A stretch of 64,000 bases of DNA from Rhizophagus irregularis (lineage: Eukaryota): contig NC_089434.1 of the NCBI RefSeq assembly GCF_026210795.1, positions 1,674,001 to 1,738,000 on the forward strand. The letters are read 5' to 3'. Positions 1 to 13,758 of the stretch are shown piece after piece. How positions within the stretch are numbered: the first letter of the stretch is position 1; the number at the start of each line of letters is the position of its first letter. The position numbers were made by a program, and so were the translations under genes. The notes under the pieces are model-generated. The model saw nothing but the letters and a program-made list of their open reading frames with translations, was not told the DNA's origin and ran no database searches.

Positions 1-149
1 GAATTTTAGTAGAGAGAAAATCATCTTTTTCCTTTAAAATAGTGAATGAGGTACACGCTCTTTTTGCTATAGGAGAGAATTCCAAATTTTGGTTTAGATA
101 ATTATTGTTCAAATGCCTTTTTTTGTGATGAAATTCGATCTTTTTAGTG

Positions 150-1437
150 TCATCAGAAGTGGCTTCCTGATCATCAGGTTCGTGGTCAATACTTTGTGGT
201 AAAATGATTATACGTTGCGGTATAAACTTTACATCGCATGGTTTTTCAATAATTTTCCTCTTACAACTTCACCACCATTATGAGTATGAAAAAAATCTTT
301 AAAAAATTTTTTATTAGTAAAATGTAAAACATATAAGAATTTAAATAATAAAATATTACCACATGTTTTTCTCCTTGAATTTAAAGGAAAAATTGTTTTA
401 CACTCATTATTTTCAATTTCAGGCTATTAAATTAATAAATAAAATTAAATAATTTGTAATTAGATAATAAAAATTGTAAATTTATACTTACTATATGAGA
501 TCCATTAAATAAATTTCTCAACAATGATATTAGATCAATATCATCTGGTATTTTCATGTAGCGATGCCATTTTTCGCCACTAACATACTTTTCACATCCA
601 ATTATATATGTTACTACTAAAGTACCATTACATTTAACTTTTCTCAATGTAGCTTTGCCAGTACATTGCACATTATTAGATTTAAATTTACATGTTGATT
701 CTTGAGCAGCTAGAAAGAAGCTTTTCAAAAGAAATATAGGATAAGAAATTATTTAGAAAGTTAATGTTGTGACTTAATTTGAAAACTGTAATTATAAAAA
801 ACTTATTATTGATAAATTTAAATAAACAAATTAGATACTTACGAGCAAGTTTTTCTTTGTACTGTGTTATTTTCTTGTTGTGCAATGATTCTTTTAAAAT
901 CTTCTGAATCAAAATCAACACATTGATGGCTTTGGTTGATAAATTCAGCATCTGCAAACTGGCAGTGCTTTATTCCTCAGCACTTACGTTCATTTTTTTT
1001 TACTGAAGTGCCAAGAAATGGACAGTCTTTAAGTGTAATACCACCACCTGATCCATTTATAGAATACTGTATCTATAAATAAAACAAGAATGTTAGAAAT
1101 GATTTTAAATGAATAAATAGGTAAAAATATATTTACATCACTGAAACAAGCAAGAGGATTAGACCATCCAGTTATGTTGTAAATTGTAGCAACACCAGTT
1201 GGTGATGTTCTTGGATACTCTATAGGAACTGAAGTATGGATTATAGTATTTACTGAAAACTTTTTTGTAAAATATGCTAGAAAGTCTTCATTATCATCAT
1301 TGCATTCTTCATCACTCTAAAAATTAATATTTTAAGTGGTGCTAAATGTCAATAAAAACAAATAGTTTAAGCTAAAGTTTTACCTGAGAATTAATAGTCT
1401 CATTGTCTGATATAAATTCTATGTCTGATAAACTCAT
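150..1437 (-). pseudogene. Multi-exon Cys/His-rich hypothetical protein gene with a premature stop
   Basis: ATG at 1437. GT-AG exons at about 1437-1384, 1316-1137, 1072-843 and 721-492 splice in frame (MSLSDIEF..IEYPRTSPTGVATIYNITGW..CPFLG..YIIGCEKY..WHRY). In-frame TGA at about 979-977. The 3' exons are degenerate, so the left limit is approximate. Confidence 0.6.
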
Positions 1438-2859
1438 TTTTGAATAAAAAAAAAAATAAAAAAAATAAGAACTTGAAACTATTTGAGTTTATAAAACTGA
1501 TATTGTATATAAAATATTTTATTAAATTGAGTGAAGGTTAAAAGTTTTCAAATTGACAGACGCGTCACGTAAAAAGTATATAACTCACATAACTGAGAGT
1601 AAGCCACAAAACTATTTATAGAACTATATGAACTATATTATATCGAATCGCATGATTTAACTCTCATAACATAAATATTACACAATGTTCATCATACGTT
1701 ATGTATGATTTTGATGCTTACATATATGTATGGTTTAAAATCAACCATACATTACATACTTCGTCATCCATACACTACATGTTATATATATACTCAAGAA
1801 AGAGAAGGCCAAAGGTACTGAAGAAGATAAAAGAGTGTTGAATATAATAGTCTGAGGTATATTTTTCTGCGGTTGTGTATTAATATCTAAAACATTATTC
1901 TTAGCAAGTCCGCCTTCGGTAATATTACTTCCGCTATCGGAACATGAGTCCAGCTGCAAATAAGGTTTTAAAGGTTCATACGGAACTGAGGAAAAGTCTT
2001 TTTTAACGTGGTTTGAAGAGGACATATTCCCTAACAGCTACTAAGTTTGGGTTATGATAAGAAATAAACCTCGTATAATGACCGAGGTGCCCTAAAGGGC
2101 CTCTTCCCCTCAAAGGTTTAAAATAGAAACTAGAAAAAAATTAACTATGCGCTATTTACTGCGGAAAATGAGAAAACGTAAAAAAAGGGGAAAGAGTTTT
2201 TTCTGATTTATCTGTTGCTTTAATAAAAAATAACGATAAACTAATCACATGATAATAGTCTAAACACGTGACATTTGAGGACTAGCTGTAGCGATAAAAA
2301 AAAATCCTTAATTTAATTTATTTATTTATTAACTTTAAATTAACACATTTTGATGTTGTCTCCTTGTCATGCTGGTTCGCTTTGGTCTCCTGGAAAATTA
2401 TATATGTATTGGCATTTCTTGCACTCCTGTTGGATATTTCGGCTAACTACTATTATTTAAAAAAAGTGTATTTAGAGAAAATATTCAGCCAAAAATAGTA
2501 GACGTTGAACCAATAAAATATTCAAGATCAACATGAATTTTTTTCGGCTGGGTGTTGTTAGCCGAAAATTTACTGCACCTTCAGCTGAATTTTTCGGCTA
2601 ACTACACCATTATTTTCGTAATTCGTTTTTTACTAATTTTATTTCATTTTTTTTAGATCTTTTAGTTCTTTCAGTTCTACGATTAATAAAAGTATGTTTT
2701 TATTTTTTATTTATTTTTTTTATTTTGTTTCTATCTTATATTTCATTTCTTACTAACTTAATTTCAGTTTTCTTTTACTTTATGGTTTATTTTTTACTTG
2801 ATTTCCTATCATTATCTTTTGCTACCCAACCCTCTATCATGATCATTTTTTTTATTTTT

Positions 2860-3420
2860 TGTCTCTCATTAATTTTCACCTTCTATTACTTCTCATTATT
2901 CTATCCTTTTCGTCTCTCATTATTTTCTATTACATCTTTTCATTTTCCATTATTTCTTTTTCTCTCCTGTTTATTTCCCATCATTTCTTTTTGTCTCTCA
3001 TCACTCCTCTTTATCTTCCCATCACTTTTTTTTGTCTCCCATCACTCCTTTTCATCTCCCATCACTCTTTTTCGTCTCCCATCACTCCTCTTCATCTTCT
3101 CTTTATTTCTCTTCATCTTCCCATCGCTCCTTTTCGTCTCCCATCACTTCTCTTCATCTCCCATCATGTCCTATTTCTCCTTTTTGTTTCTTATCACTTC
3201 TCATTACTCTTTTTTACTCTCCATTATTCCATTGTTATTTCATTTTTTTTTTTATTAGCATCTTTCTTCTTGATCATTGTAATTTACTTGTCTTTTCTTT
3301 TATTTGTATCACTTCATTAAAAATAAATACAGTGATTTTTTTTTATTTAAAATCGTAGATGTGTGATTTAAATTTTAATATTTGCAAATAAAATTTCATT
3401 AGCTAAGATTATTTTGAATA
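2860..3420. repeat. Pyrimidine-rich degenerate minisatellite (ctcccatcact...) plus unique tail; dispersed repeat
   Basis: Repeated tctcccatcactc/cttttcgtc units. About 3030-3400 matches the reverse complement of about 49600-50100. Confidence 0.8.
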
Positions 3421-3773
3421 GATATGTTTGCAAAAAATTTTTTTTAAAATATCTTTTAAAAATTTTGAGTTTGGCCGATCAATAATTAGCTAAGTTGCTG
3501 ATTAATAAATTTACTCTTTATATTGTACATCATGTGACATATTTGAAAAAAAACCAAGGCGACAATAGCCCAGGCGACGTTTAGCAATTCCCAATTATGT
3601 TTACAATAATGTAGCTGTTTATATTAATGATCTGACGTTTGAATGTAGAATGAAATTCGGATTAATTAAAGAATTGTGAAAAAATAATTATTAATAAAAA
3701 TTGATTAATTTTTTAGAAGTATTTTCGAAAAAACTTTAATATTATGAAAATCATACAAATATTTTTATTAATT

Positions 3774-4083
3774 TTATAATGAATAAATGTATTTGTAACA
3801 GCCTGTTACATATCTTATTTGTAACATCCTTTTTTTATTTTTTTTAATAATAAATTTAGTATATAGTTTACAAATAAAATTTTTAAGAGTGTTTCATAGA
3901 CAAAATTTCAAGTTATAAGCAGTTTCTTGAAATTTTTTAAAAAATTCTTTTGTCTTGGTTACACGACTGATCTTTTGTTTTTGTTTACATTACGCCTGAT
4001 CTTAAATTTTAATTGGATAAAATTGGGATTGTTACAAATAAGACGCGTAACAGGCTGTTACAATTAGATTTATCCTTTTATAA
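3774..4083. mobile_element. MITE with ~60-bp imperfect TIRs
   Basis: Left ataaatgtatttgtaacagcctgttacatatcttatttgtaaca is inverted relative to right tgttacaaataagacgcgtaacaggctgttacaattagatttat. Flanks are TA-rich. Confidence 0.7.
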
Positions 4084-4310
4084 TTATTTCTTATTATTTT
4101 ATATTACATCAATCTTAAATGTATTAGAATCTGTTCATTTCATCTATTATTATTCTTTTAATACTCATTTTACTCATTTTACTCAATAAATTATTAATTT
4201 AACTAAACCATTTGAATTAAAACTTTATTTAGAGAATCTCGGATATGGATTTGGTTGTAATAATCTATTATTAATCAACAATTTCTTCAATCAATTAATT
4301 ATAAAATATT

Positions 4311-4980
4311 GGGTGTGTTTGCAAATTCATTTGGATCGGATTGAGTCGACGCCTCAATCCAACCCAATTACAAAATTAATTTAGATCTAATTGAGTTGAT
4401 CTGGATTTTACTATTAAATTTCCGTATATACCCCACGATTAAACATACCGTACTACTTACTATCCACCACCCTACTACCACATGTTACCCACTATGATCA
4501 CCTATATAAATTTTTTTTGATAAAATAATTTTTTTCTCATATTAAATTTTCTTTCATATTTCATTTAAATAATGGAAACAACACTTCATGACAGTGCAAC
4601 TTTTAGTAAAAATGATAACGCGCAAAATTCTACTAAGGTGGACCTTAAAAACAATAAAAAAAAATCATGCCAATGGAACGATGATACTATCAAGCTTTTA
4701 CTTTCATTTTTAATAGAACGGAAAGAAGAAGCAAACCATATAGTACCAAACGAGGTGACAGTGGTAATACAAAAGAAAAGCTTTGGCAAGACGCGTCAAA
4801 TATATTTCTTAGCAGTCATTGCCAGTATTCTGTCGAACAGTGCACGGTTAAGTGGAAAAACATTAAAAAAAAAATATGGTACTACTTGAGAATCTACTTA
4901 TTCAAAATCCGATGCTCGTATTTTCTGATCTAATCCGAATGGATCGGCAATTCAATCTAAATCTAATTTGTAAACGAAAA
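4311..4980 (+). mobile_element. Degenerate PIF/Harbinger-like element with a frameshifted Myb/SANT (trihelix) ORF
   Basis: Left end gggtgtgtttgcaaatt; partial right end aatttgtaaacg. ORF from 4572 (CQWNDDTIKLLLSFL) continues after a frameshift as KEKLWQDASNIF..YSVEQCTVKWKNIKKK, the W..W..QC..KW trihelix pattern. Confidence 0.65.
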
Positions 4981-5722
4981 ATATCAATTTTTTTTGATTT
5001 TATGAATTTGAAAATTTATCCAGCGTTCAATTTAATTGAAAAACCTTAATCAACTTTCTATCAACGTCGGTCAATATTCCTACATGTTACTTAATTTTTT
5101 TTAAAAAAATAATAATTTTGTAAATATATTTAATACAATATTTTATTTCTTTATTTAATAAAAAAAGTTAAAAAAAATTTGGGGAAAGAAAAAGAATAAT
5201 GAAAGAAATCGGTTTAAAAAAAGGAAATAAGTACTGAAAAAAAAGGATAATAATTCGGTCCAAAAAGAGTGAAAAAAAAATTTTGAAAAAATAATACGGT
5301 CTAAAAAAAAGATTATAAAAAAAATCGGCCGAAACAATTTCAGTTTTGGAAAAAAAATTAAACCTAAACGGAAAAAAAAAGGAACCAAAAAAAGCTAAAA
5401 ATATTTGAAAAAAAAAAATCGGTCATAAAATTTCATTAACTGAAATTGGATTAGTTTTTTGGATTTTAATGGGATTTCAAGTTACGCAATTCAAACTATT
5501 TATACATGTAGTCTAAACGTTGCGGTTAAACTTGTTTGTGTAATTGTTACATAACATTTCGGGTCATACCAAAATTCAAATTTATGTTACACTATTAATT
5601 TATTGAATTTAAATTTTTTTTTAAAAAAAAAAATTTCATTTTTCCAATTATATTTGTATTTATTTTAATAATAAAATAAAAAAAAAGTTTTCATTTTAAA
5701 CCTTTATAATAAAAATTGCATT

Positions 5723-5974
5723 ATGCCTACGGTTCAAAGAGAATTAGTTTATGCAACAGCTAATAGAGCATATTCGTTAATTGATTATAATATTCACACT
5801 GACATGCACAAACGATATGAATTTCAAAAACAATTTATTCCTGCTGATAAACTTCTTACGGATGATGAAAAATCTGAAGCAATAAATTACATAACTGAAA
5901 CTTATGATCGAAATAAAGTTCGTTTTAATTCAGGAACAAAAAGAATTTGTGAAAATTGTAAACAAGAATGTTGA
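5723..5974 (+). pseudogene. 5'-only stub of a TKL kinase paralog (83 aa)
   Basis: Near-identical to the N-terminus of the 6861 gene. Homology breaks at CKQEC, followed by TGA. The conserved upstream block is retained. Confidence 0.85.
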
Positions 5975-6860
5975 TGTTATTTAAATGAATGAACATTGTA
6001 ATAACTGCGGACTAAAAAGGTTAATATTTCCTAAGACGGTAATAGACAATTGCTTATTGATTACCTTTTCAGATTTAATTTAATTACTTTTTCGACACAT
6101 AAATTCATTGATGAGAAAAAAATATTTTTTTTTTCACATTTCACAATTTTTTAAGATTATTAGGATTTTCACCGAAGTATTCCTTTAAATGTATGAGTAG
6201 ATCACAATTTGAATGAATGAACTATATCATTAAGCCTCAATATTTCTTAAGTCGGTAATGATCGATTATATTATGGCTGCGGGATTGTTTAAAATTAGTT
6301 ACTGAGGGCTCATCAATTATTTTTTCAAATCAAATTAATTTTAACTAAAAAAGAAATTTTTTTTTCATATTTCATTACAAATTACATATATGTGGTGCTA
6401 CTCTGCTCAATAATGACTAATGACTAATGATTACTGTATGGGTAGATCATGACCAAAAAAGAGTATTTATTCAAGTGGAGTACATATATAAAAATAAATA
6501 AATATTACTTGAATAACATTTGCGTTACAAAGTCCAAATAAAATAAATAGGGGACTTGTTTTCTATCCTATGATAATGCAGATACTTAAAAGCGGATGAG
6601 AGAATTGATAAGCGAAAAAAATCCATTAACAGATTCTTTTTCTTAATATATTCTACATTATTACAAACAAAAACATAAAATACACAACTCACAATAAATA
6701 ACACATTAACTGAAAAAATATTAAAGGTTGATTCCTGGTGCCACCCTAATTTACACTATAAATTTGTTTCGTTTAAATTTTTCCAATTTATATTTGCATT
6801 TATTTTAATAATAAAACAAAAAAAAAGTTTCATTTTAAACCTTTATAATAAAATTGCATT

Positions 6861-9379
6861 ATGTCTACCATCCGATATGAATTAATTTATGCAACAGCTA
6901 ATAGAGCATATTCGTTAATTGATTATAATATTCACATTGGCATGCACAAACAACATGAATTTCAAAAACAGTTTATTCTTGATGATAAACTTCTTACAGA
7001 TGATGAAAAAACTGAAGCAATAAATTACATAACTGAAACTTATGACCGAAATAAAATTCTTTATAATTCAGAAATAAAAAGAATTTGTGAAAATTGTAAT
7101 CAAGAATGTTTAGCTACATTATATTGTGAATATTGTGTTCGAAATTATTTAAAAGCAAATTTTAAAAATTGGACATCCGGAAATAATGATATTGATAATT
7201 TAATACAGAAATGTCAATTAGAAACACTTATGCCAAGTAAAGTAGTTGAATGGATTCCATATAATAATCTAAAAAATATTAAATATCTAACAAAAGGTGG
7301 ATTCTCTGAAATTTATACAGCAAATTGGATTGGTGGAAGATATGTAAAATGGAATTCTAATGAACAGCAATTAGAAAAATCTGGAACTATGACAGTAATA
7401 CTTAAAAAATTAGAAAATGTTGAAAATGCAAATCAAATTTGGTTTGAAGAGGTAAATGTGATAGGACCCCGAAATATACATAAAAGGGTCAGGTCAGAGT
7501 TTGAGTATAATGAGTCAAAAAAATCATGTAGATCATTCCTTTTATGGATAATCCCAGCCAAAATAATATTTCCTAATTTAGATAATGGCTGAAATTATCG
7601 TAATTCCGGCCCTGAAAGAATGCGTATTTTGGACCACTTCTGGACCTGACCTCTACATATATATTTCGGGTCCTAATGTGATTATATTTAAATTTTTTTT
7701 TATGAAATTTTACGGTTTTGTATTAACAATGGCATGTTATCATTTAGGCTAAATCACATTTAACTATAGGCAATAAACGTACTTCTATTGTCGATTGCTT
7801 TGGTTTAACACATGATATATCAAATGGAAATTATATGCTTGTAATAGGAAAAATGGATATGGATTTAAGAAAATATTTACAACAAAATTATATTCAACTT
7901 GCATGGAATGAAAAAATTAGAATTGCTTTTGGAATAATTAACGCACTTTATTTTATTCATCTTGAAAAGGTAATTCATAGAGATTTGCACTCCGGAAACA
8001 TATTATATTCACTATATAATGATAGATGGTATATTAGTGATCTTGGATTTTGTGGACCTGCTGATAAATCATCAAAAAGTATATATGGAAATCTTCCTTA
8101 CATAGCACCAGAAGTTATTAATGGAAAAGGATATACTTTTGCATCTGATATTTATAGTATTGCAATACTTATGTGGGAAATTTCATCTGGATATTCACCA
8201 TTTATTGATTATAAGCATGATGATTATAATCTTGCAATGGATATAATTAATGGTATGAGACCAGAAATTATGTCAGATATTCCTTTAGAATATAAAAATT
8301 TAATGGTACAATGTTGGAATGCTGACCCATTAAAAAGACTTGATTTACAATCTCTTCGGAAAAAAATAAGAGAAATTCATCTATCATATCAAAATATGCC
8401 AAATGAATTTTTCCAGTCAAAAGCAGTGAATAATTTTGAAATAAAAACTAGCATAAATTATATAAGCAGCAGATTATTTACAAGCAAAGTTCATCAATTT
8501 GAAAATTTACCCGAACCAAAGAATGCAACAGAAGGTATTATTTATTGAGTTTTTTGTTCTTGATTAAGATATGACGTTACTAATTTTTAATTTACTAAAT
8601 GATTATACTCGTTATAGAAGAACAAGAAGGTTAGCTTTTTTATTGTTATTTTATTAACTATTATAATAATTTATAACCTATTTTTCTTATTTTTTAAATA
8701 GCATTTCATAGTAAAACATATGATTTTAATATTCCTGATAATAGTAGGTATTTATTGAATATTTCATTTGATGAAATATTATTATTAATCAAATTTTCGT
8801 TTTATAGTTGAAGATTTTAATAGTTCAAACGATCAGAAGATTAATAAAACATCAAAAATAAATAGTATTTTTAAAGGTAATTTATTTATAAATTTTTGAA
8901 ATAAGGATACAAATTTATAAATTTATTTTAATTTTAGGTGGTAGTAAAAGATTATCTAAAGTATTTAAAAGATTACAATTAAGTTTAAAGAATGGTAAGT
9001 AATACTATTCTAGATCAGTAAATTTTAATTGTTTATTAAGCAATATTTATTATAATCTTATTTATTTATTTAAAATTTAGACATTCAAAATGATCATAAG
9101 AAAGAAACAATGCGACAAATGAAAAAATTAGGTAATGGTAAATAAAATTTTTTGTTACAAAAATTTCATTTTATTTTGCAATGTCAAATTAAAAACTTTT
9201 GTCCTATTATAGTAGATGATGACGAAATACATAATAATCCGAACCTTCATTCAGAAGATCAAGATAAATTTGAGATTCCTGATGGTTAGTTTCTTAATAT
9301 TTTTCTTAATATTGTTTAAATAATATCTTAATTACTAATTTATATTGTTTGTATATATTCTTTTTTAGATGGATTTTAA
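6861..9379 (+). CDS. TKL-group protein kinase, copy 1 (9 exons, ~564 aa)
   Basis: Exons 6861-7451, 7748-8534, 8618-8629, 8702-8743, 8808-8876, 8938-8994, 9081-9137, 9216-9284, 9369-9379 total 1695 nt, in frame. Motifs: TKGGFSEIY, VILKKL, HRDLHSGNIL, DLG, GNLPYIAPE, DIYS. N-terminal CxxC..CxxC. Confidence 0.92.
7463..7674. mobile_element. 212-bp MITE (AGGACCC termini, 8-bp TSD) in intron 1 of kinase copy 1
   Basis: TIR aggaccc(c)gaaatata / tatatttcgggtcct. TSD aatgtgat at 7455-7462 and 7675-7682. Near-identical inverted copy at 28791. Confidence 0.92.
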
Positions 9380-9596
9380 AAATTATATTTATAAACAAAC
9401 AATATTGAAAATTTTATTGGAATATTTAAACACTAGGACTAGAGTAGTAAAATATTTTACACATTTCTTAATTTGTAATTTAAATAATTTATTTATTTAT
9501 TATATATTATCAATAAATCTAAATCATTATTTTTTATTTATTAAATCAAAAAACGCGAAGAAAAATAATAATCTGTGAAAACAATAATGTGAAGAC

Positions 9597-10346
9597 TAGA
9601 GGTCTCCGGCCCGCACTTGGAAATTAACCTAAAGTGCCCGGCCCAGCCTGAACTCAATATATTAAAAACCCGGCCCGGCATCAATTTGTTGTATCGTAAA
9701 AACAAAAAAATCGGCCAACTTAATTTCGGCCAGAATTAATACGATTTTGGCCGGAATTACGAAAACCTAGGTTTAACGGAAAATCATGTGTCCGGTGTAA
9801 TGACGTGCCTACGATAAATCACGTTTGCCATCACGCCATTAAACATTGTTTTATTAATTTATAAAAATATACAAAATAACTAAAAATATCCCGAATTCTA
9901 TGTTTGATGATGATACAATGACTATGATCATCACGCAATTTCGAAGTTCTTTGTATTATCTGATCTACAATCAATCACATTCAAATTTATTATTCATATC
10001 ACATTCACAGTTTCGTATAAACAAAACGAACCAATAAACTAATAAAAACAAATTATAAATTACAAGAACTATAATCCAATAATTCGGACTATATGATACA
10101 GTTTAACGTCATGTGTCTGGACTTAATTAATAATCCTACTTACTAATCCAATAGTTTAACGTCATCGCGAACGCATCTAAAAAATAAAATTTCTAAGTAT
10201 CTATTCTAAGTATAATACTGCGCCCAACATTTAATAATTCACTAGGTAAATTCCGGCATTACACAGGCCCGGACCTGGCCCGGGTGAATGTTGAGAGAAA
10301 GTTTTCCGGCTCAAACCCGGTTCCGGGTCCCGTTTTCAAGCCTCTG
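9597..10346. mobile_element. hAT-like non-autonomous element
   Basis: Termini tagagg / cctctg with GC-rich ccgg/gccc subterminal repeats at both ends. Degenerate TSD gtgaagac / gtgagat. The right flank resumes homology with the region downstream of kinase copy 3. Confidence 0.6.
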
Positions 10347-10689
10347 GTGAGATTAAAAATAGTATTCACTTATAATAATTACAAATTTAAATTCCTTACT
10401 TTTAAAGAATTTCAAATTCTTTTTAACCTCTAAACATTTATTATTATTCAAATAATTTGTACAATGTTTATGTAATAATGTAAGGCCACAATTTCCTCCT
10501 TTGACAGTTTCTTTATACAATTTATCATTTCCAATTCCTTGTTCATATTAATATCCAAGTTTAAAATGAATCTAACGACGGAGCTTTAATTTGTTTTTGT
10601 AAATCATTAGATGATGAAAAATATCAAGTTTCGCATTAAAAGTTAAAATACCAATGTTTAGTAATCATATTTGACAGTAACACTTGATA

Positions 10690-11749
10690 TATTGATCAAT
10701 TGACGTGACGGATATGATGGACAAATTTTGTGGTATTTCGTACCATCGCCGCAGTCGACGATCATAAAAGTTGCTTTGATCAAAGAATGAATATTTAGCA
10801 AACAATAATAATATAACGAATAATTTAAATGTTAAACATAATTTATAAATATAAAACTTACTTCCAGGCTCTGTAAGTCTGTGTTCTCTTTTAAAAGCTA
10901 GTAAGCTACTATGCATACAGTAAATTGGCACGGCTTCTACTATATTAATATTTCTTCATATTAATACATTTAATATTTATTGTCGTAAAAATAACGAGCA
11001 TAAACAAATTAACGTTAAACATACGTTCAGTTGTAAATTGCAATCTTTCAGAACGTTTGTCACTAATTAGCCCAGCATTAAATATACATTCCCTCAATAT
11101 AGCTATATTATTTCTGAATATTCATCTGGTACAATAACAACCTGTTCCATAAAGTCAATTCTATACCAGTATTCAGGAATTGTTTCTTCAACTTTATTAA
11201 CTAAAATAAATAAAATTAGAGAATATTAAAGCTAAAATAGATTATTTAAAATTCAAATAATCCGATTATTTATTTACCTCTCCAATTCTACAGTAATTGC
11301 CCTTTTAAAATGTATAATCCTATATGTCAACATAAAACGGATACAAAAAGAGTATCATTGTTTTGTTATTATTATCATCTGTACTTTTCTTGAACAAGGC
11401 CGGATAACCCCAAAATTCAACCTCTTCAAAGTCATCATCATATCAAAGTGCTGTATTTGTTTTGAGTTTCCCCGTCGCTCCAGGGCCCAGGCCATTCAGT
11501 ATTATGTTATAATGTTCGTTAGATCATTATCATACACATGACATAAAGAAAATCTCTATCAAAAAGAAAAATTCTTTCATATAGTAACAATTCTAACGTA
11601 ACGTAACAAAAGTATATTTATTTACCGAATAAATGATTCCAAAATCTACGGATTATATTAATGCAATTAATTAATTTGGCATTAATATTATGCTTTACCT
11701 AAACCAACCACAACGCGAGTATCGATTGCCATGAAATTACATCCAACAT
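10690..11749 (-). pseudogene. HSPA12/Hsp70-like actin-fold ATPase pseudogene
   Basis: Spliced fragments read DTRVVVGL|DFGIIYS, EWPG..GKLKTNTAL*YDDDFEEVEFWGYPAL, LQFTTE|..EAVPIYCM and IVDCGDGT, matching the DFGTTYS / TTEPEAAAIYC / IVDCGGGT motifs. Stops and frameshifts are present. Confidence 0.8.
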
Positions 11750-13758
11750 ATTAAACTAGTAAATAAACCGATTGTATTTATATAAAACGTTTTATTTTTT
11801 AAACTTCTTTGTTTCTTTTTTCTATTATTTACATATGAAAATCAAAGTACTCCGAGAATTTTAATAAGTTTATTCATTGGACTTCTATATCTTTTATAAT
11901 ATAATGTGCACATTTTCATTCATAAATGTTCTAAAGTCTTTTCTAAAATGGAAACAACGGTCTTTTAATACAATGGTAGTATTTTACGTAACAAAACTAT
12001 TTTTTAGATAGTTTTATTAAAAAAAAAAGTGCAAGATTTTACACAACTGTTTAAGATGACAAAGAACTTACGTTCGTACAAAAATAATCACGTGTTGATA
12101 AAACGTGATTATTCTGTTGATCAGTCAGCTACGCTTTATTCTGCTTTTGAATAAACAAGTTTTGAATATTGCAATGTACGAGTTTATGCTGTAAAGAACA
12201 TATCTATAATTAATGGATTCATTATAACGAAAATTAAATGAGAGCCTTTCAAATAAGGCAAATTAATATTAGTTTTTAATATTGCTTGCACAATACTCGT
12301 AAAATCCATTTGATAGCAATAAAATAATGTAATTGCCTTACAAAATTTGACTTTATTTCCTTAAAAATTAATCATTACATGACCTTTTTACGACAAAAAA
12401 TTGTTGACATAATATCTAATTGAATGAATCTTTCTTCCTACTTTGATATGTTTTTTTGAAGTACTTTTACAAAAATAAAATGAATAAAAATTTACATAAA
12501 TATTAAAATAATATTTGAATTATTTATTAATATATTAATAATTACAAAATAAAGCACAAATTGTGAAAAAAAACTCACGTTATTTCAATAATAAAATTCA
12601 TTTTTTAAAAAAATGAAATTTAATCATCTGATCCTCAAATTAAGATATCCAAAACTTTCTTGTTAGGTTATTTATTGCCTAAGTAATCTAAAAAATAAAA
12701 TATATGGTAAAAATATATTAGAAGACTCGAGTACTCTAAGTAAGCTTTGTAGAAAAGACAGATTCAAGCCCCCATGCCTATTATCAACTGACATTAACGA
12801 TATATCGTGAGTGATCAAACTCGTGCAGAGGTACTGTCATATTGATAATAAGACATGAGACCCACCACCAAAGGGAAGGGCCCCACATACAGAAGTCTGC
12901 GACATAGCTTGAGATATTATTATTTTTCCATTATTTTTCTCATTAAGGTAACCAGACTTCTAGAAGAGGAGGATAACCAAAGCACTCTAGGTGCACAAAT
13001 CCCTTATACATCCCAGCTTAGTCATTTCCACTTACCAAAACAATAAAAAGCCCAATAAATTTATCTTCATTGTTTGATATTAAGTAGAAGTCTTCTTTCT
13101 AAGGCTTTTTGTATATAAAAATATAAGTTTGAGAAAGATATGATAAATATTAAAAGAAAAATTATGAATAATGAAGGAAATGATAAATATTAGAGAAATA
13201 ATAACAAATATTGTATTAAAAAAAAAATAATATTAAAAGGAAAAAAATTTCGAAAGTTATTTATTTCTCATTAAAATATATACTGAGTGTCATTATTATT
13301 ATATGATATAAGATTGTTTACGCGCTATAATCAATTAATCATTACGCGCATTACACGAATGTTGATCACGTTGTCAGCGGGTTGTCATCCTAATAATAAC
13401 GAAAATATTTCACTCAATATGAATGAAAATCTCGTCCCTTTTGTGATCTCTCAAGTTATCAAGGTTGTTAAAATGCCTTACGTACGATTACAGTTAGTAA
13501 CTTCGTCCCAAAAATTCCCTAATGATCATAGGACAGTATTTTGGTAATTCAATTTCCCACCCAATATCAAATCGAACCGCTAAAGTGAAAAAAACCAAAT
13601 ATCAATAAACGAGAATTATGAACTTATCAAAACTTTGCAAAATGATGGGATTTTGTATAATGTATATGTGCTTCAATCCCGTTGCACTAATCACAATTTC
13701 TCGCTTTGATTATCTATAAATCTTATTAATCAAATGTGATAGGAAATCTTCGTTTATC

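Noticed and set aside
1735..2240. GC-richer segments with small hairpins and short ORFs (also 12720-13100, 42800-43200, 62520-62700)
   Set aside because: Probably old retro-element fragments, but no recognisable domain, TSD or termini support a call.
2725..3358. Three overlapping hydrophobic ORFs (also 49687-49968)
   Set aside because: They are by-products of a pyrimidine-rich minisatellite that is open in several frames.
7452..7592. C-terminal extension of ORF 6861..7592, and similar run-ons of the other kinase ORFs
   Set aside because: Read-through into intron 1 and the MITE. The splice donor after WFEE/WYEE is conserved in all paralogs.
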